Below, in pieces: positions 42,609-52,309 of a DNA stretch of 64,000 nt. The stretch comes from an uncultured Actinomycetota bacterium (GTDB taxonomy: Bacteria; Actinomycetota; Thermoleophilia; Solirubrobacterales; Solirubrobacteraceae): NCBI GenBank assembly GCA_963714335.1, contig CAVQNW010000002.1, positions 638,698-702,697 of the forward strand, given 5' to 3'. Under the pieces are notes generated by a model. The model was given only the letters and a program-made list of their open reading frames with translations, searched no databases and was not told the origin of the DNA. Each line of letters begins with the position of its first letter. The first letter of the stretch is position 1. Made by a program: the position numbers and the translations under genes.

Positions 42609-43359
42609 GGGACGCGACCTCCTTCGCAAGCTCGAAATAGGCGGTGGCGCCCGCAGAGTGCGGGTCGTGGTGGATCACGGGCTTGCCGAAGCTGGGGGCC
42701 TCGCCGATCCGAACATTGCGTGGAATCACGGTGTCGAACACAAGGTCGGGGAAGTGGGTGCGGATCTCTCTTTGTACGTCCTGAGCCAGACGGGTCCGAG
42801 CGTCGTACATCGTCACGACCATGCCGGAGATCGTTAGGCGGGGATTGAGCTCGCGCTGCACCAGCGAGAGGGTGTCGAGCAGTCCGGCGAGCCCTTCAAG
42901 GGCAAAATATTCGGCCTGTACGGGCACCAGCACGCGGTCGGCCGCGACGAGCGCATTGACGGTCAGCGGGCCGAGTGACGGTGGGCAATCGAGCAGCGTG
43001 AAGGCGTACCGATCCCGGACTCCGACGAGGCTGTCCTTGAGTCGCGTCTCCGAGCCGGGGATCCGAGGCAGCTCTACGTTCGCACCGGCCAGATCGGGGC
43101 TCGCGGGTGCCACCCACAGATGCTCGATCGTGGTGGGCACGACAACCTGCTCGATTGTGGCCTCGCCACTCAGCAACTCGTAGACGTTCGGCTCTGCGTT
43201 CTTCTCCAGGCCGACACCCACGGTGGCGTTGCATTGTGGGTCGATATCCACCAGCAGCGAGTCGTAACCCGCCTCGGCGATGCAGGCCGCCAGGTTCACC
43301 GCCGTCGTGGTCTTGCCAACCCCGCCCTTCTGATTTGCGATCGCGTAGATGCTGCCCAT
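42601..43359 (-). CDS. parA: Chromosome partitioning ATPase ParA/Soj
   Basis: NQKGGVGKTT, DIDPQ, DCPPSLG, EYFALEG, IPRNVRIGEAPS. Confidence 0.96.
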   Translation of the reverse strand: MGSIYAIANQKGGVGKTTTAVNLAACIAEAGYDSLLVDIDPQCNATVGVGLEKNAEPNVYELLSGEATIEQVVVPTTIEHLWVAPASPDLAGANVELPRIPGSETRLKDSLVGVRDRYAFTLLDCPPSLGPLTVNALVAADRVLVPVQAEYFALEGLAGLLDTLSLVQRELNPRLTISGMVVTMYDARTRLAQDVQREIRTHFPDLVFDTVIPRNVRIGEAPSFGKPVIHHDPHSAGATAYFELAKEVASRG

Positions 43360-43440
43360 CTCGAGCCAGGAAGCTAGCGATGATCCAGGTCGCCCTGACC
43401 TGGCGCGGCGAGATCTCCCGCTAAATGCGAGGAATCCAGG

Positions 43441-44157
43441 TCAGGCGCCCCCCAGTGGGCGCTTTCGCGCAACGCCATCCCTGCGCGGAAAGCGCTCCGG
43501 CGTTGGGCTTGTCTTGACCATCACATGCAGATGCCGGTTGAGGGCTCCGGGGTATGGCTCCACCCGCACCGGAGCTTCGACAGTCAATCCAAGAATCGCA
43601 GCGGCTCGCTTGCCCTCCGCCTCAGCTTCGGCGTCGCGCTGACCACGCCAGGCCACCAGAGCGCCCCCAAGCCTCAGCAGCGGGGCCGCATACTCGGCGA
43701 CGACGTCGAGCGAGGCAAGCGCGCGAGCGGTTACGACGTCCACGCGGCCCAGGCCCTCGCGCCACGTCTCTGCACGGCCGTGGACGACTTCGACGTTGCT
43801 TAGGCCCAGGTCCGCCGCCGCGTTGCGCATGAACTCGCACTTGCGGCCGTTTCCCTCCACCAGGATCACCCGGGTGTGAGGCAGCGCGATCGCGAGCGGA
43901 AGTCCCGGAACCCCAGCGCCGGCCCCCAGATCAGCGATGACGGCGGCCTCGCGCACGACCGGCAGCTCCAGGGCCACGAGAGCGTCCGCCAGATGGTCGT
44001 CGCGCACGCGCACCGGATCGTGCACGGTCGTCGGCGCGTGCTCGTCCTCGGCAAGGACCACGCCAAGGCGCCGCAACTGCTCAGTCTGGGTCGCGGCCAG
44101 CCCGAAGCGGGAGCCGAGCGCTTTGAGTGAGGGGAACGGACTCCCCTGGTCACTCAT
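43441..44157 (-). CDS. rsmG: 16S rRNA (guanine527-N7)-methyltransferase RsmG (GidB)
   Basis: HLADAL, ADLGAGAGVPGLPLAI, GRAE, VTARALA, FPRRDG; conserved position before parA. Confidence 0.93.
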   Translation of the reverse strand: MSDQGSPFPSLKALGSRFGLAATQTEQLRRLGVVLAEDEHAPTTVHDPVRVRDDHLADALVALELPVVREAAVIADLGAGAGVPGLPLAIALPHTRVILVEGNGRKCEFMRNAAADLGLSNVEVVHGRAETWREGLGRVDVVTARALASLDVVAEYAAPLLRLGGALVAWRGQRDAEAEAEGKRAAAILGLTVEAPVRVEPYPGALNRHLHVMVKTSPTPERFPRRDGVARKRPLGGA

Positions 44158-44539
44158 CGTCGGAAGTGCCCGCCCGCGCGGCGGTCGCCCGCGCCCGCTC
44201 ACGGGCGATGAAGCCGGCATAACGCTGCCGCATCTCGTCGAAGCGCTCGGCGGCGTGGGCATCGAGCCCGGAATCGAGGTGCTCCTCGAGCAGGGGAAGT
44301 AGGTCTTCCACCAGGGTCCGCCCCCTCGCCATCCACTGGTAGTACGAGCGGCCTCCGTGGGTGTAGGGCCCATACAGCTTGGCCCGCGGGAACCGCTCCA
44401 CCAACCACCGGAACAACGCCTCGTGGCGCGTGTGCATCCGCAGCGTGACCTGCGGCTGCTTGCCATCACCCCCAAATGAGCCCTCCCCGACGAGGAGTCC
44501 TACGAGGAAGCCGCGATCAAAGTCGGTTAGCTGGGTCAT
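44150..44539 (-). CDS. Small single-motif LAGLIDADG-like protein (129 aa)
   Basis: N-terminal GFLVGLLVGEGSF matches the LAGLIDADG helix, followed by a beta-strand/helix pattern typical of the fold; overlaps the rsmG start by 8 nt. Confidence 0.7.
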   Translation of the reverse strand: MTQLTDFDRGFLVGLLVGEGSFGGDGKQPQVTLRMHTRHEALFRWLVERFPRAKLYGPYTHGGRSYYQWMARGRTLVEDLLPLLEEHLDSGLDAHAAERFDEMRQRYAGFIARERARATAARAGTSDDE

Positions 44540-44546
44540 GGGCGGA

Positions 44547-44590
44547 GTTTTAGCGAGGAAGTTGTTTCACCGTCAAGAAAAACGTGAAAC
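44547..44590 (-). promoter_or_regulatory. Putative leaderless housekeeping-sigma promoter with inverted parS-like half-sites around the -35 box
   Basis: Minus strand TTGACG-N18-TAAAAC-N7-ATG; GTTTCAC (44564-70) and GTGAAAC (44584-90) separated by 13 bp. Confidence 0.55.
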
Positions 44591-44663
44591 GGTGGGCAGC
44601 AGGGCCAGCCAGATCGTCGCGCTACACCAGGCGTCTGTCCGGGCTCGTTGGGATATTCGCGCC

Positions 44664-45300
44664 GTGCTTCTCCTCGTCACCGGTGCGAGTGGGGTGGGGA
44701 AGTCGACGGTCCGGCGGATGGTCAAGCCGCAGGTTGCACCTCAGGTCGAGTGTGTGGAATTAGCGGAGGTTTCGCCGCGTTCATTGGTCAGGGATCTCGC
44801 CTGGAGGCAGCAGACGGTCGAGTTGTGCGTCAAGTGTGCGGTTCGACTTCAGCCTGACGATCGGCATCTGCTCCTGTGCGGCGACCCCGTAGCCGCCGTC
44901 GAGGTGATCGCAGCACCGTCGGCGGGCGAGCTCGATGGCTACGCCTTCTGCCTTCTGGACGCCGAACCCGAGGCGCAGGCCAAGCGCCTGGCAACCCGCG
45001 GAGACGACCCCGCGCCCCTGATCCACCACCAGGCCTACGCCGAGTGGATGCGCAGACAGGCCACCGACCCGCTTCACATGCTCGAGGTGGTCACAAGCAA
45101 CGCTGGCCCGAAATGCGCTGGGACCGCATCCCGCCCGCAGCCGCGACTGGTCGGTGCACGTCATCGACACGACCGCCCTCACCCTCGGCCACCGCAACGG
45201 CCGTCCTCACCTGGCTCCACTCCCTCGCCACGCGCCTGCCTGGGCCACCCGATCCCACCCAGCTCCACAGCCCAGAGCAAGCCGCCAGTCCGCCGATACC
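44664..45300 (+). pseudogene. P-loop NTPase/kinase-like gene with several frameshifts; 3' end approximate
   Basis: VLLLVTGASGVGKST Walker A; plausible coding continues in other frames (WPEMRWDRI, WSVHVIDTT, TAVLTWL) after ~45105, ~45147 and ~45185. Confidence 0.6.
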
Positions 45301-45479
45301 TGCCTCGGGCGTGCGCTGCCTCGGGCAGGGCCACGGTGGTCGTACGACGACCACGCCGGCAGGGCCGGTGGTGCGACCTTCACTGCAGCCGCTCGGAGGG
45401 GCTTTGCCCTGGAGAAAACGGCTCTTCAACGGTTTCGCGGCGGAAGGGAAGGCCGGAAAGCGCCGGCCACCCAGAACGG

Positions 45480-45950
45480 CTAGCTACCCAACGGCGCGAC
45501 GACGAGACGGCGAGCGGGCTCCTGCCCCTCGGAGTAGGTCTCGACGTCGAAGCGGGACTTCAGATACTCGTGGACGACCTTCCGTTCCTGCGCGCCCATC
45601 GGCTCGAGCGCCACAGGCCGCCCCTCGCGCAGCGCGGTCTCGGCGGCCTGGTCGGCCACTGCGTGCAGCGTGGAGGCGCGACGCGCGCGGTAGCCCGCAG
45701 CATCGACGGTCAACGGTCGGCGCTCCTCCATCCCGTGGAAGGCGACCCGATGTGCGAGGTGCTGGATCGCATCGATCGTCTGCCCGTGGTGCCCGATCAG
45801 CAGCGCGAGGTCGTCACCGACGAACTCGGCCTCGATCCCGTCCCCGGAGTCCTCGACCCGGATCTCCGCATCGACGCCGACAGCCTCGGCAATCGTCTCG
45901 AGGATCTCCTCGATGTACTCGATGGTTTCGGCGTCGTCTTCCGCGGACAT
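45480..45950 (-). CDS. jag: Jag/EloR (KhpB) RNA-binding protein, KH + R3H, short form
   Basis: LLIGHHGQTIDAIQ (KH), ERKVVH (R3H), SEGQEP; follows yidC. Confidence 0.92.
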   Translation of the reverse strand: MSAEDDAETIEYIEEILETIAEAVGVDAEIRVEDSGDGIEAEFVGDDLALLIGHHGQTIDAIQHLAHRVAFHGMEERRPLTVDAAGYRARRASTLHAVADQAAETALREGRPVALEPMGAQERKVVHEYLKSRFDVETYSEGQEPARRLVVAPLGS

Positions 45951-45953
45951 TCG

Positions 45954-46943
45954 TTACCTCCTGCGCCCCGAGCGTTTCTTCTTCTTGCGCGGCGGGGCGG
46001 GGGGTTTCGTGGCAACGCGCGTGGCCGAAGCCGCAGAGCCGCTCGAATCGCCATTGTTGCCGTTGCCACCGCCGCGCGGGCTGCCCCGCCGCAACAGCGC
46101 GCCAAGGCCGCCGCCCGAGTCATCGCCGCCGCCTGGGCCGCTATCGACCACGGCGTCGGACGCCGTCGGTGGCACCGGCCCCATCAGCCGTTTGATCGTG
46201 TACTGCTGTCCCATCGTCCAGGCGTTGGTGGTGATCCAGTAGACGATCAGACCGGCCGGGAAGCGGATGATGAACAGCACGAAGACCAGCGGCAAAAACA
46301 GCATCATTCTGCGCTGGTTCTTGTCCATCGTCGGTGCCGACATCAGCAGCGTCGACATCACCTGCGTGCCGACATACAGAATCAGCAGCACGACCAGCGT
46401 GAGGCCGCTCGCCGTGTTCGTGATGTCGTTGATGAAGAGGAATCCAGCCCCTGGGTAGTGCGGGTGGTAGTACGTGCACCACGTCGTCTGGCTGAGAACC
46501 TGGCTCGACGTGACATGGAGATGGTTCACCAGGGCGTAGTGCGCCTGGAACCTGGCCTGGACGGGCGCGCAGATGTCGTGCCGCAGGTTCTTACGCAGCA
46601 TGTAGAACAGCGAGATGAAGACCGGCAACTGCGCGACCATCGGGAGGCAGGAACCGAGCGGGTTGACCTCGTTCTCCCGGTAGAACTTCATCATCTCTTC
46701 CTGCTGGCGCTGCTTGTCGTCCTTGTACTTCTGCTGGATCGACTTCATCTGCGGCTGCAGGTGTTGCAGCTTCCGCATCGAGTGGAACTGCTTGATCGCC
46801 AGCGGTGTGAGCACGAGGCGCACGGAGATCGTCAGCAGGACGATCGAGAACCCCCACGACACGCCCAAGTTGGAGTGGAAGAACGTGATCACGTGCTGGA
46901 ACACGCTGATCAGTGGCTGGAAGATGTTTGCGGTGACGAGCAT
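45954..46943 (-). CDS. yidC: Membrane protein insertase YidC
   Basis: WGFSIVLLTISVR, NPLGSCLPMVAQLPVF, PAGLIVYW. Confidence 0.95.
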   Translation of the reverse strand: MLVTANIFQPLISVFQHVITFFHSNLGVSWGFSIVLLTISVRLVLTPLAIKQFHSMRKLQHLQPQMKSIQQKYKDDKQRQQEEMMKFYRENEVNPLGSCLPMVAQLPVFISLFYMLRKNLRHDICAPVQARFQAHYALVNHLHVTSSQVLSQTTWCTYYHPHYPGAGFLFINDITNTASGLTLVVLLILYVGTQVMSTLLMSAPTMDKNQRRMMLFLPLVFVLFIIRFPAGLIVYWITTNAWTMGQQYTIKRLMGPVPPTASDAVVDSGPGGGDDSGGGLGALLRRGSPRGGGNGNNGDSSGSAASATRVATKPPAPPRKKKKRSGRRR

Positions 46944-46945
46944 GT

Positions 46946-47218
46946 TCAGGCGCCTGCCGCCGGTGTCCGCGACCCAAACAGGCGCTGATCTTCGACGGGA
47001 TCAAACCCGCCGTGGCTCCATGGGTTGCATCTCAGCAACCGCCACCCGGCAAGCACAAGCCCGCGCAGTATGCCGAACTTGCTGATCGCCTGCACCGCGT
47101 ACTCGGAGCAGGAGGGGTAGTACTTGCAGCGCGAGCCCGTCAGCGGGGACACAGTTTTCTGGTAAAGCTTGATTGGCAGGACGAAAATGCTCCGTACCGC
47201 GGCTCCAACCGTGTTCAT
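46946..47218 (-). CDS. yidD: Membrane protein insertion efficiency factor YidD
   Basis: CKYYPSCSEY, RLLRCNPWSHGGFDPV. Confidence 0.95.
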   Translation of the reverse strand: MNTVGAAVRSIFVLPIKLYQKTVSPLTGSRCKYYPSCSEYAVQAISKFGILRGLVLAGWRLLRCNPWSHGGFDPVEDQRLFGSRTPAAGA

Positions 47219-47676
47219 GCGTCGTCCTCTTCGCCGGCTGCCCCCGCCGCGACATCGCTCTGCGCTGCCTCGGATGCCGTTGGCTCCGTGCTCAATTCGA
47301 GCGGCCCGCCCCCGGAAACGCCGTCGACCTTGTCGATCAACACTCGCAGCGCCGCGTGAACGCCTTCAAGGCCATCCTTCTCCGCGAGTTGGCGGGCACC
47401 TGGCCGTGCGATGACGACGGCGTCGGCACCAATTGGAAGCCTGCCGGCCTCCTGGGCGAACGCTTCGCGCAGGAGTCGCTTGACGCGGTTGCGCTCCACG
47501 GCGCCGCCGACCTTCCTGGATACGGAGAGGCCTAGCCGCGGTGGCTCATCGCTTCCACGCGGGAACACGTACAGCACGAGATCACGACCGGCATGAGACC
47601 GGCCGTTACGCATCACGCGATCGAAGTCAGCGCTTCTGGAGAGCCGCCCACGGCGAGGCGAACGTGCGCCCGCCAC
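47215..47676 (-). CDS. rnpA: Ribonuclease P protein component
   Basis: [25 protein letters not shown]. Confidence 0.96.
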   Translation of the reverse strand: MAGARSPRRGRLSRSADFDRVMRNGRSHAGRDLVLYVFPRGSDEPPRLGLSVSRKVGGAVERNRVKRLLREAFAQEAGRLPIGADAVVIARPGARQLAEKDGLEGVHAALRVLIDKVDGVSGGGPLELSTEPTASEAAQSDVAAGAAGEEDDA

Positions 47677-47683
47677 GGACCAC

Positions 47684-47818
47684 CTACACCGTCAGGCGCT
47701 TGCGGCCCTTGTCGCGGCGCCGCTTGAGCACGTCACGCCCTGCGCGCGTCTGCATGCGTGCACGGAAACCGTGCGTACGTGCGCGCTTGCGCTTCTTTGG
47801 TTGGTAGGTCCTCTTCAT
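47684..47818 (-). CDS. rpmH: 50S ribosomal protein L34
   Basis: [22 protein letters not shown]; GGAGG SD. Confidence 0.98.
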   Translation of the reverse strand: MKRTYQPKKRKRARTHGFRARMQTRAGRDVLKRRRDKGRKRLTV

Positions 47819-48067
47819 GACAAGTCCTCCCGGCTTCAGCCGGAGTCGGCATCGCAGTATACGCAGGCGCTGGCGAAACACCGTGGAACGCGCTCGTGGC
47901 GTCCGACCGATGGTGTATCAGGCCGGGCGCAAGCTTTTTCTCGCGCTTTGCGTCAACGACCCGGACGAGCTGGCCCCCAGAGCCCGTGGGCGGAGCTATA
48001 TTCGCCAACCCGGCCCCATCCGGTCGGGCCTCTCGAATACGTCTCAGACTCAGCAGTTAGGAGCCGC

Positions 48068-49436
48068 CTGGAGTTGCCTGCGCACCTCGAGCAAACCCCT
48101 GCCTGGCAGGACATAAGGACCCGGTTGCGCAGCGCCGTCGGCGAATCGATCTACGACGTCTGGCTGTCCGGAATCGAGGTCAAGGCCTGGGATGGCTCCG
48201 TGCTCGTTCTGCAAGGCGAGCAGGGCGCCGAGAGTTGGCTCGCTGCACGCTACGGACAGCTCCTCGAGCGCTGCGCCCAACAGGTACTCGGAGCGAACGT
48301 GCGAATCGCCTTCGCCGGCGAGCCTGCGGCCAAGGCGCATGAGGCCATCAGCAACGCCGGTCGCAGCGCATCGACACACCCGAGTGACGACTTCAACCCG
48401 CGCCACACGTTCAACCAGTTCGTCATCGGTGATGGCAACCGCCTCGCGCACGCCGCGGCTCTGGCGGTCGCCGAAGCACCCGGCCAGGCTTACAACCCGC
48501 TGTTTCTGCACGCCCCGCCGGGCCTCGGGAAAGACCCACCTGCTCAATGCGATTGGCAACTACATCAGGACGTTCGACCCGGGCACCGCGGTGCGCTACA
48601 CGACCGTCGAGGCCTTCACCAACGGCTTCATCGCTGCTCTGAAGGGTGAGGCGCTTGATCGCTTCAAGCACCTCTACCGCGATGTCGACGTGCTCCTCAT
48701 CGATGACGTCCAGTTCCTCGCAAGCAAGGCCAAGACCGAGGAGGAGTTCTTCCACACCTTCAACGCCCTCTATGACTCAGGCCGGCAGTTGGTGCTCACC
48801 TGCGACCGCCTTCCCAGTCAGCTGACGGGCATCGAGCAGCGACTCCGCGAGCGCTTCGAGTCGGGCCTCGTCGCTCACCTGACGCCGCCGGACTCGGCCA
48901 CCCGCACGACGATCCTGCGCAAACGCGCCGCCGTCGACGACGTTCAGGTCGAGGACGATGCCGTCTTTGAGTTGATCGCCGAGCGCATCACGGACAACGT
49001 GCGGTCACTCGAAGGGGCGTTCATCCGTATCGTCGCGCATCACTCGCTGACCGGCCAGCCGATCGACAGCAACCTCGCCAACACGGTCCTCGATGCGATC
49101 CGGCCATCCGCACAGCGATCGTCCGGATCCGCAACAGCGGGCCCGCCGAGCATCGCTGCGATCCAGCAGATCGTGGCCGAGCACTTCAGCCTGGGCATCA
49201 CCGACATAACCGGCACAAGCCGTCTCGGGCAGGTGTCATGGGCCCGCCAACTCGCCATCTACCTGGTGCGGGAGCTCACCAACACGCCGCTCCAGCGCAT
49301 CGGCGACGCATTCGGCGGCCGTAACCATGCAACTGTCCTCCACGCCTGCAAGCGCGTTTCGGATCGCATCTCCGTCAACAACGACGACGCTGCCGATCTT
49401 CAGGAGCTCAGCGAGGCCATCAGTTGTCGACAGTGA
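48068..49436 (+). CDS. dnaA: Chromosomal replication initiator DnaA, with an apparent one-base insertion at 48527-48533
   Basis: [24 protein letters not shown] split across two frames, [30 protein letters not shown]; start CTG 48068 or TTG 48074 after AGGAG. Confidence 0.93.
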
Positions 49437-49556
49437 CGACCGCGCTTGTTGACAGACTGAGCCGTTGGCCCGCACACAACTTTCGCCGCTATCTCCGTAG
49501 AAAGCCTGACTTCTCAACAGCTTCTATTCCCCCTATGACTTCTATCTTCCTTCTAA
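49424..49556. other. Probable replication origin (oriC) unwinding region
   Basis: dnaA-dnaN gap with DnaA-box-like 9-mers (TTGTCGACA, CTGTCAACA on minus, TTCTCAACA) followed by CCCCC and a trio-like TATGACTTCTATCTTCCTTCT tract. Confidence 0.7.
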
Positions 49557-49566
49557 GGAGTTCATC

Positions 49567-50676
49567 GTGAAGATCTCGCTCGACCGCGATGCGCTTCTCA
49601 CTCAGCTGCAGGCCGTCACCCGTGTCGCCTCGACGCGCACGGCGATTCAGGCGCTCTCAGGTGTGCAGCTCGCAGCCGCCGGCACAGTCTGCGAACTCCG
49701 CGCGACTGACACCGACGTCAGCCTCCGGGTCCCACTTTCGGCCGAGATCACGCGTGAGGGCACGGTCGTCCTACCCGCACGCCTGTTGCTCGACGTTGTC
49801 CGCTCGCTGCCGCAACCATCCGTCTCAATGGAGCTGCGACCAGCTGAGCAGGACGTGGAGCTGCTCTCGGGAAACGCCACGTTCCACATCCGCACCCTCC
49901 GTGCGGAGGACTTCCCGCCGTTTCCTGAGCTCGACCCGTCGTCAGCGATCTCACTTCCGGTCAAGGCTTTTGTCGAGACCGCCACCAAGGTCTCAGGCTC
50001 GGCATCTCGCGATGAGACGCGCCCGGTGCTCACCGGCATCCTTGTCTCCGCATCGGGGAGCGAGGTGCGCATGGTCGCGACCGACTCCTATCGCCTGAGC
50101 GTCAAGGAAACCCCGCTCGAGACGCCGCTGGCAGCTGGATTCGAGGTCAACGTGCCGGCGCGCGCACTCCAGGAGCTCGCCCGCCTTGCCGCCCACGCCG
50201 AGGATGAGAAGCTCACGATCAGCGTCCGCCAGAACCAGGTGGTCTTCGCCCTCGGAGACGTCGTCCTCTCCTCTCGCCTGATCGACGGGCAGTTCCCCAA
50301 CTACCGCCAGCTGCTCCCCGAGGCGTTCGAGCACGAGCTGCGGATCTCAGGCCCGGAGTTGCGCGACGTGGTGCGGCGGATCAGCCTGCTGGCGCAGAAG
50401 AACGCTCCGCTGCGGCTCGCGTTCGCTCCGGGCGAGCTGACCGTCTCCGCACAGACGCCCGACATCGGCGAGGCGCGTGAGTCGCTGCCGGTGAACTTCC
50501 AGGGCGAGCCGCTCGAGATCGGCTTCAACCCCGAGTTCCTGCGTGACGGCCTTGATGCCATCGAGGACGCGGACGTCATCCTGAAGCTGATCAGCGCCCT
50601 GCGCCCGGGTCTGCTCGAGGCCGGCGACGCGAGTGGCTTTGTCTACCTGATCATGCCGATCAGGCTGAACGTCTAA
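49567..50676 (+). CDS. dnaN: DNA polymerase III beta sliding clamp
   Basis: RATD, TRPVLTG, VATDSYRL, SRLIDGQFPNY, IGFNPEFL, LIMPIRL. Confidence 0.97.
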   Translation: MKISLDRDALLTQLQAVTRVASTRTAIQALSGVQLAAAGTVCELRATDTDVSLRVPLSAEITREGTVVLPARLLLDVVRSLPQPSVSMELRPAEQDVELLSGNATFHIRTLRAEDFPPFPELDPSSAISLPVKAFVETATKVSGSASRDETRPVLTGILVSASGSEVRMVATDSYRLSVKETPLETPLAAGFEVNVPARALQELARLAAHAEDEKLTISVRQNQVVFALGDVVLSSRLIDGQFPNYRQLLPEAFEHELRISGPELRDVVRRISLLAQKNAPLRLAFAPGELTVSAQTPDIGEARESLPVNFQGEPLEIGFNPEFLRDGLDAIEDADVILKLISALRPGLLEAGDASGFVYLIMPIRLNV

Positions 50677-50701
50677 GGCCGATTCGGTCTCGTCTCGGGC
50701 G

Positions 50702-51820
50702 ATGCGTGTCGTCTCCGTAAGCGTCCGCAACTTCCGCAGTTACGAGGCGGCCGCCGCCCCGCTGGGCGGCGGCTTATCGGTGGTCTGGGGACCCAACGGC
50801 GCCGGTAAGACGAACCTCCTCGAGGCGATCTACTTCGGCTGCACCGGTCGCTCCTGCCGCACGGCCAACGATCGCGAGCTGGTGCGTTTCGGTGCGGATA
50901 CCGCGCGCGTCGTCGTGCAGGCAGAGGACGAGCTGGGTAGCCACGAGCTGACTGTCGGTTTCACGCCCGGCGAGCCCAAGCGCATGACGGCCGACGGAAC
51001 CGCCGTCGAGCGGCTGCTCGACGCTCCCCAGCGTCCGCTCGTGAGCGTTTTCCTGCCCGATCGGCTGGAGCTGATCAAGGGCGTCCCGGCGCTCAGACGG
51101 GCGCACGTCGACCAGTTCGTAACCGCGCTCTGGCCCGCACGCGCGGCCACGCGGCGGGCGTACGCTCAGGCGCTCGCGCAGCGCAACGCGTTGATCGGAC
51201 GCCTCCGCGCTGGGCACGGTTCGCAGGAGACGCTCGGCGCCTGGGACGCGCAACTGGCTGAGACGGGCCTTGCGTTGATGGCCGACCGGCGGCAGGCCGT
51301 CGAACTCACGGCGGAGCCATTCGCCGACGTCTGCGAACGGCTTGGCCTGGACGGAGCACCGGCCATCGCCTATCGCCCACGCTCGCGTGCGGCCACAACG
51401 GATGAGCTGGTCGCCGAGTTACACGAGCGCCTGGCCTCGGATCTGGAGCGGGGCTTCACCGACCACGGGCCGCACCGTGACGACCTCGCGATCATGCGCG
51501 ATGGCAGATCGCTGCGCACGTACGGCTCACAGGGCCAGCAGCGACTCGGCCTGCTCGCGCTGCTGCTGGCCGAGCGGCGTGTGATCAGCGGGCAGCGACC
51601 AACGGTGCCGCTGATGCTGCTCGACGATGTCATGAGTGAACTGGACCGCGATCGACGCGCGGCGCTCGTGGAATTGCTGGCCGAGGGCGGCGGGCAGGCC
51701 CTGATCACAACGACCGACCTCGAGCATGTTCCAGGCGTATTCGCCCCGGGTGTGGCCCGCATCGCCGTCGAGAATGGCCAACTCGTCGAGGACGTCACCG
51801 CCCAGACGGCGATCAGATGA
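50702..51820 (+). CDS. recF: DNA replication/repair protein RecF
   Basis: NFRSY, GPNGAGKTNLLEAI, GPHRDDL, GSQGQQR, LLDDVMSELD. Confidence 0.97.
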   Translation: MRVVSVSVRNFRSYEAAAAPLGGGLSVVWGPNGAGKTNLLEAIYFGCTGRSCRTANDRELVRFGADTARVVVQAEDELGSHELTVGFTPGEPKRMTADGTAVERLLDAPQRPLVSVFLPDRLELIKGVPALRRAHVDQFVTALWPARAATRRAYAQALAQRNALIGRLRAGHGSQETLGAWDAQLAETGLALMADRRQAVELTAEPFADVCERLGLDGAPAIAYRPRSRAATTDELVAELHERLASDLERGFTDHGPHRDDLAIMRDGRSLRTYGSQGQQRLGLLALLLAERRVISGQRPTVPLMLLDDVMSELDRDRRAALVELLAEGGGQALITTTDLEHVPGVFAPGVARIAVENGQLVEDVTAQTAIR

Positions 51821-52149
51821 GCCCGCGCCGCCGGTCTCCGCGCCCGCTTGCCGGTGCCCTTGAGGCGGTCCGAGGCGATTGGCAGCCGGCCTCTCCACTC
51901 GGCCGCGCGCAGACCGCCTGGGATGAGATCGGACGCGTATGGGAGGAGGTGATCGGTGCGCACGGCTCCTACATCGTCGAACGCACGAAGGTCGTCAGCC
52001 TGAAGGCCGGGGTGCTCACCGTGCGCTGTTCTGAGGCGGTCGTCGCCGACACGCTCGAGCTCGAATCTGAACGCGTACTCGAGCGCTTGAACGGCCGTCT
52101 GGCCGGCGACCCGATCACGCGCCTGAAATGCGTTACAGGTAGCCGATGA
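51817..52149 (+). CDS. DciA/DUF721 family protein
   Basis: WEEVIG...GVLTVRC...L pattern; conserved position between recF and gyrB. Confidence 0.82.
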   Translation: MSPRRRSPRPLAGALEAVRGDWQPASPLGRAQTAWDEIGRVWEEVIGAHGSYIVERTKVVSLKAGVLTVRCSEAVVADTLELESERVLERLNGRLAGDPITRLKCVTGSR

Positions 52150-52309
52150 ACCAACCCCACTTTTTCCATGATTTGCAGGCAAAACATCGGGCTGTGGCGG
52201 GGCGATCAGGGGCCGCCTTGTGCTATTCTTCTGTACACCAAGCTTTGACGCCCCGGCTCGCGAGCAGTCTTCTTGCGGTCGGGGCGTCTCAACGTCAATC
52301 GGAGGATCG

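Noticed and set aside
44150-44539. Intein- or intron-encoded homing endonuclease
   Set aside because: It has its own ATG and stop codon, no intein splice residues, and no interrupted host gene
44379-46988. 869-aa plus-strand ORF
   Set aside because: Only 44664-45105 looks coding; the rest is antisense to jag and yidC
48526-48533. GGGAAAG as a programmed -1 frameshift site in dnaA
   Set aside because: The heptamer is out of phase for X XXY YYZ slippage and the required shift is +1
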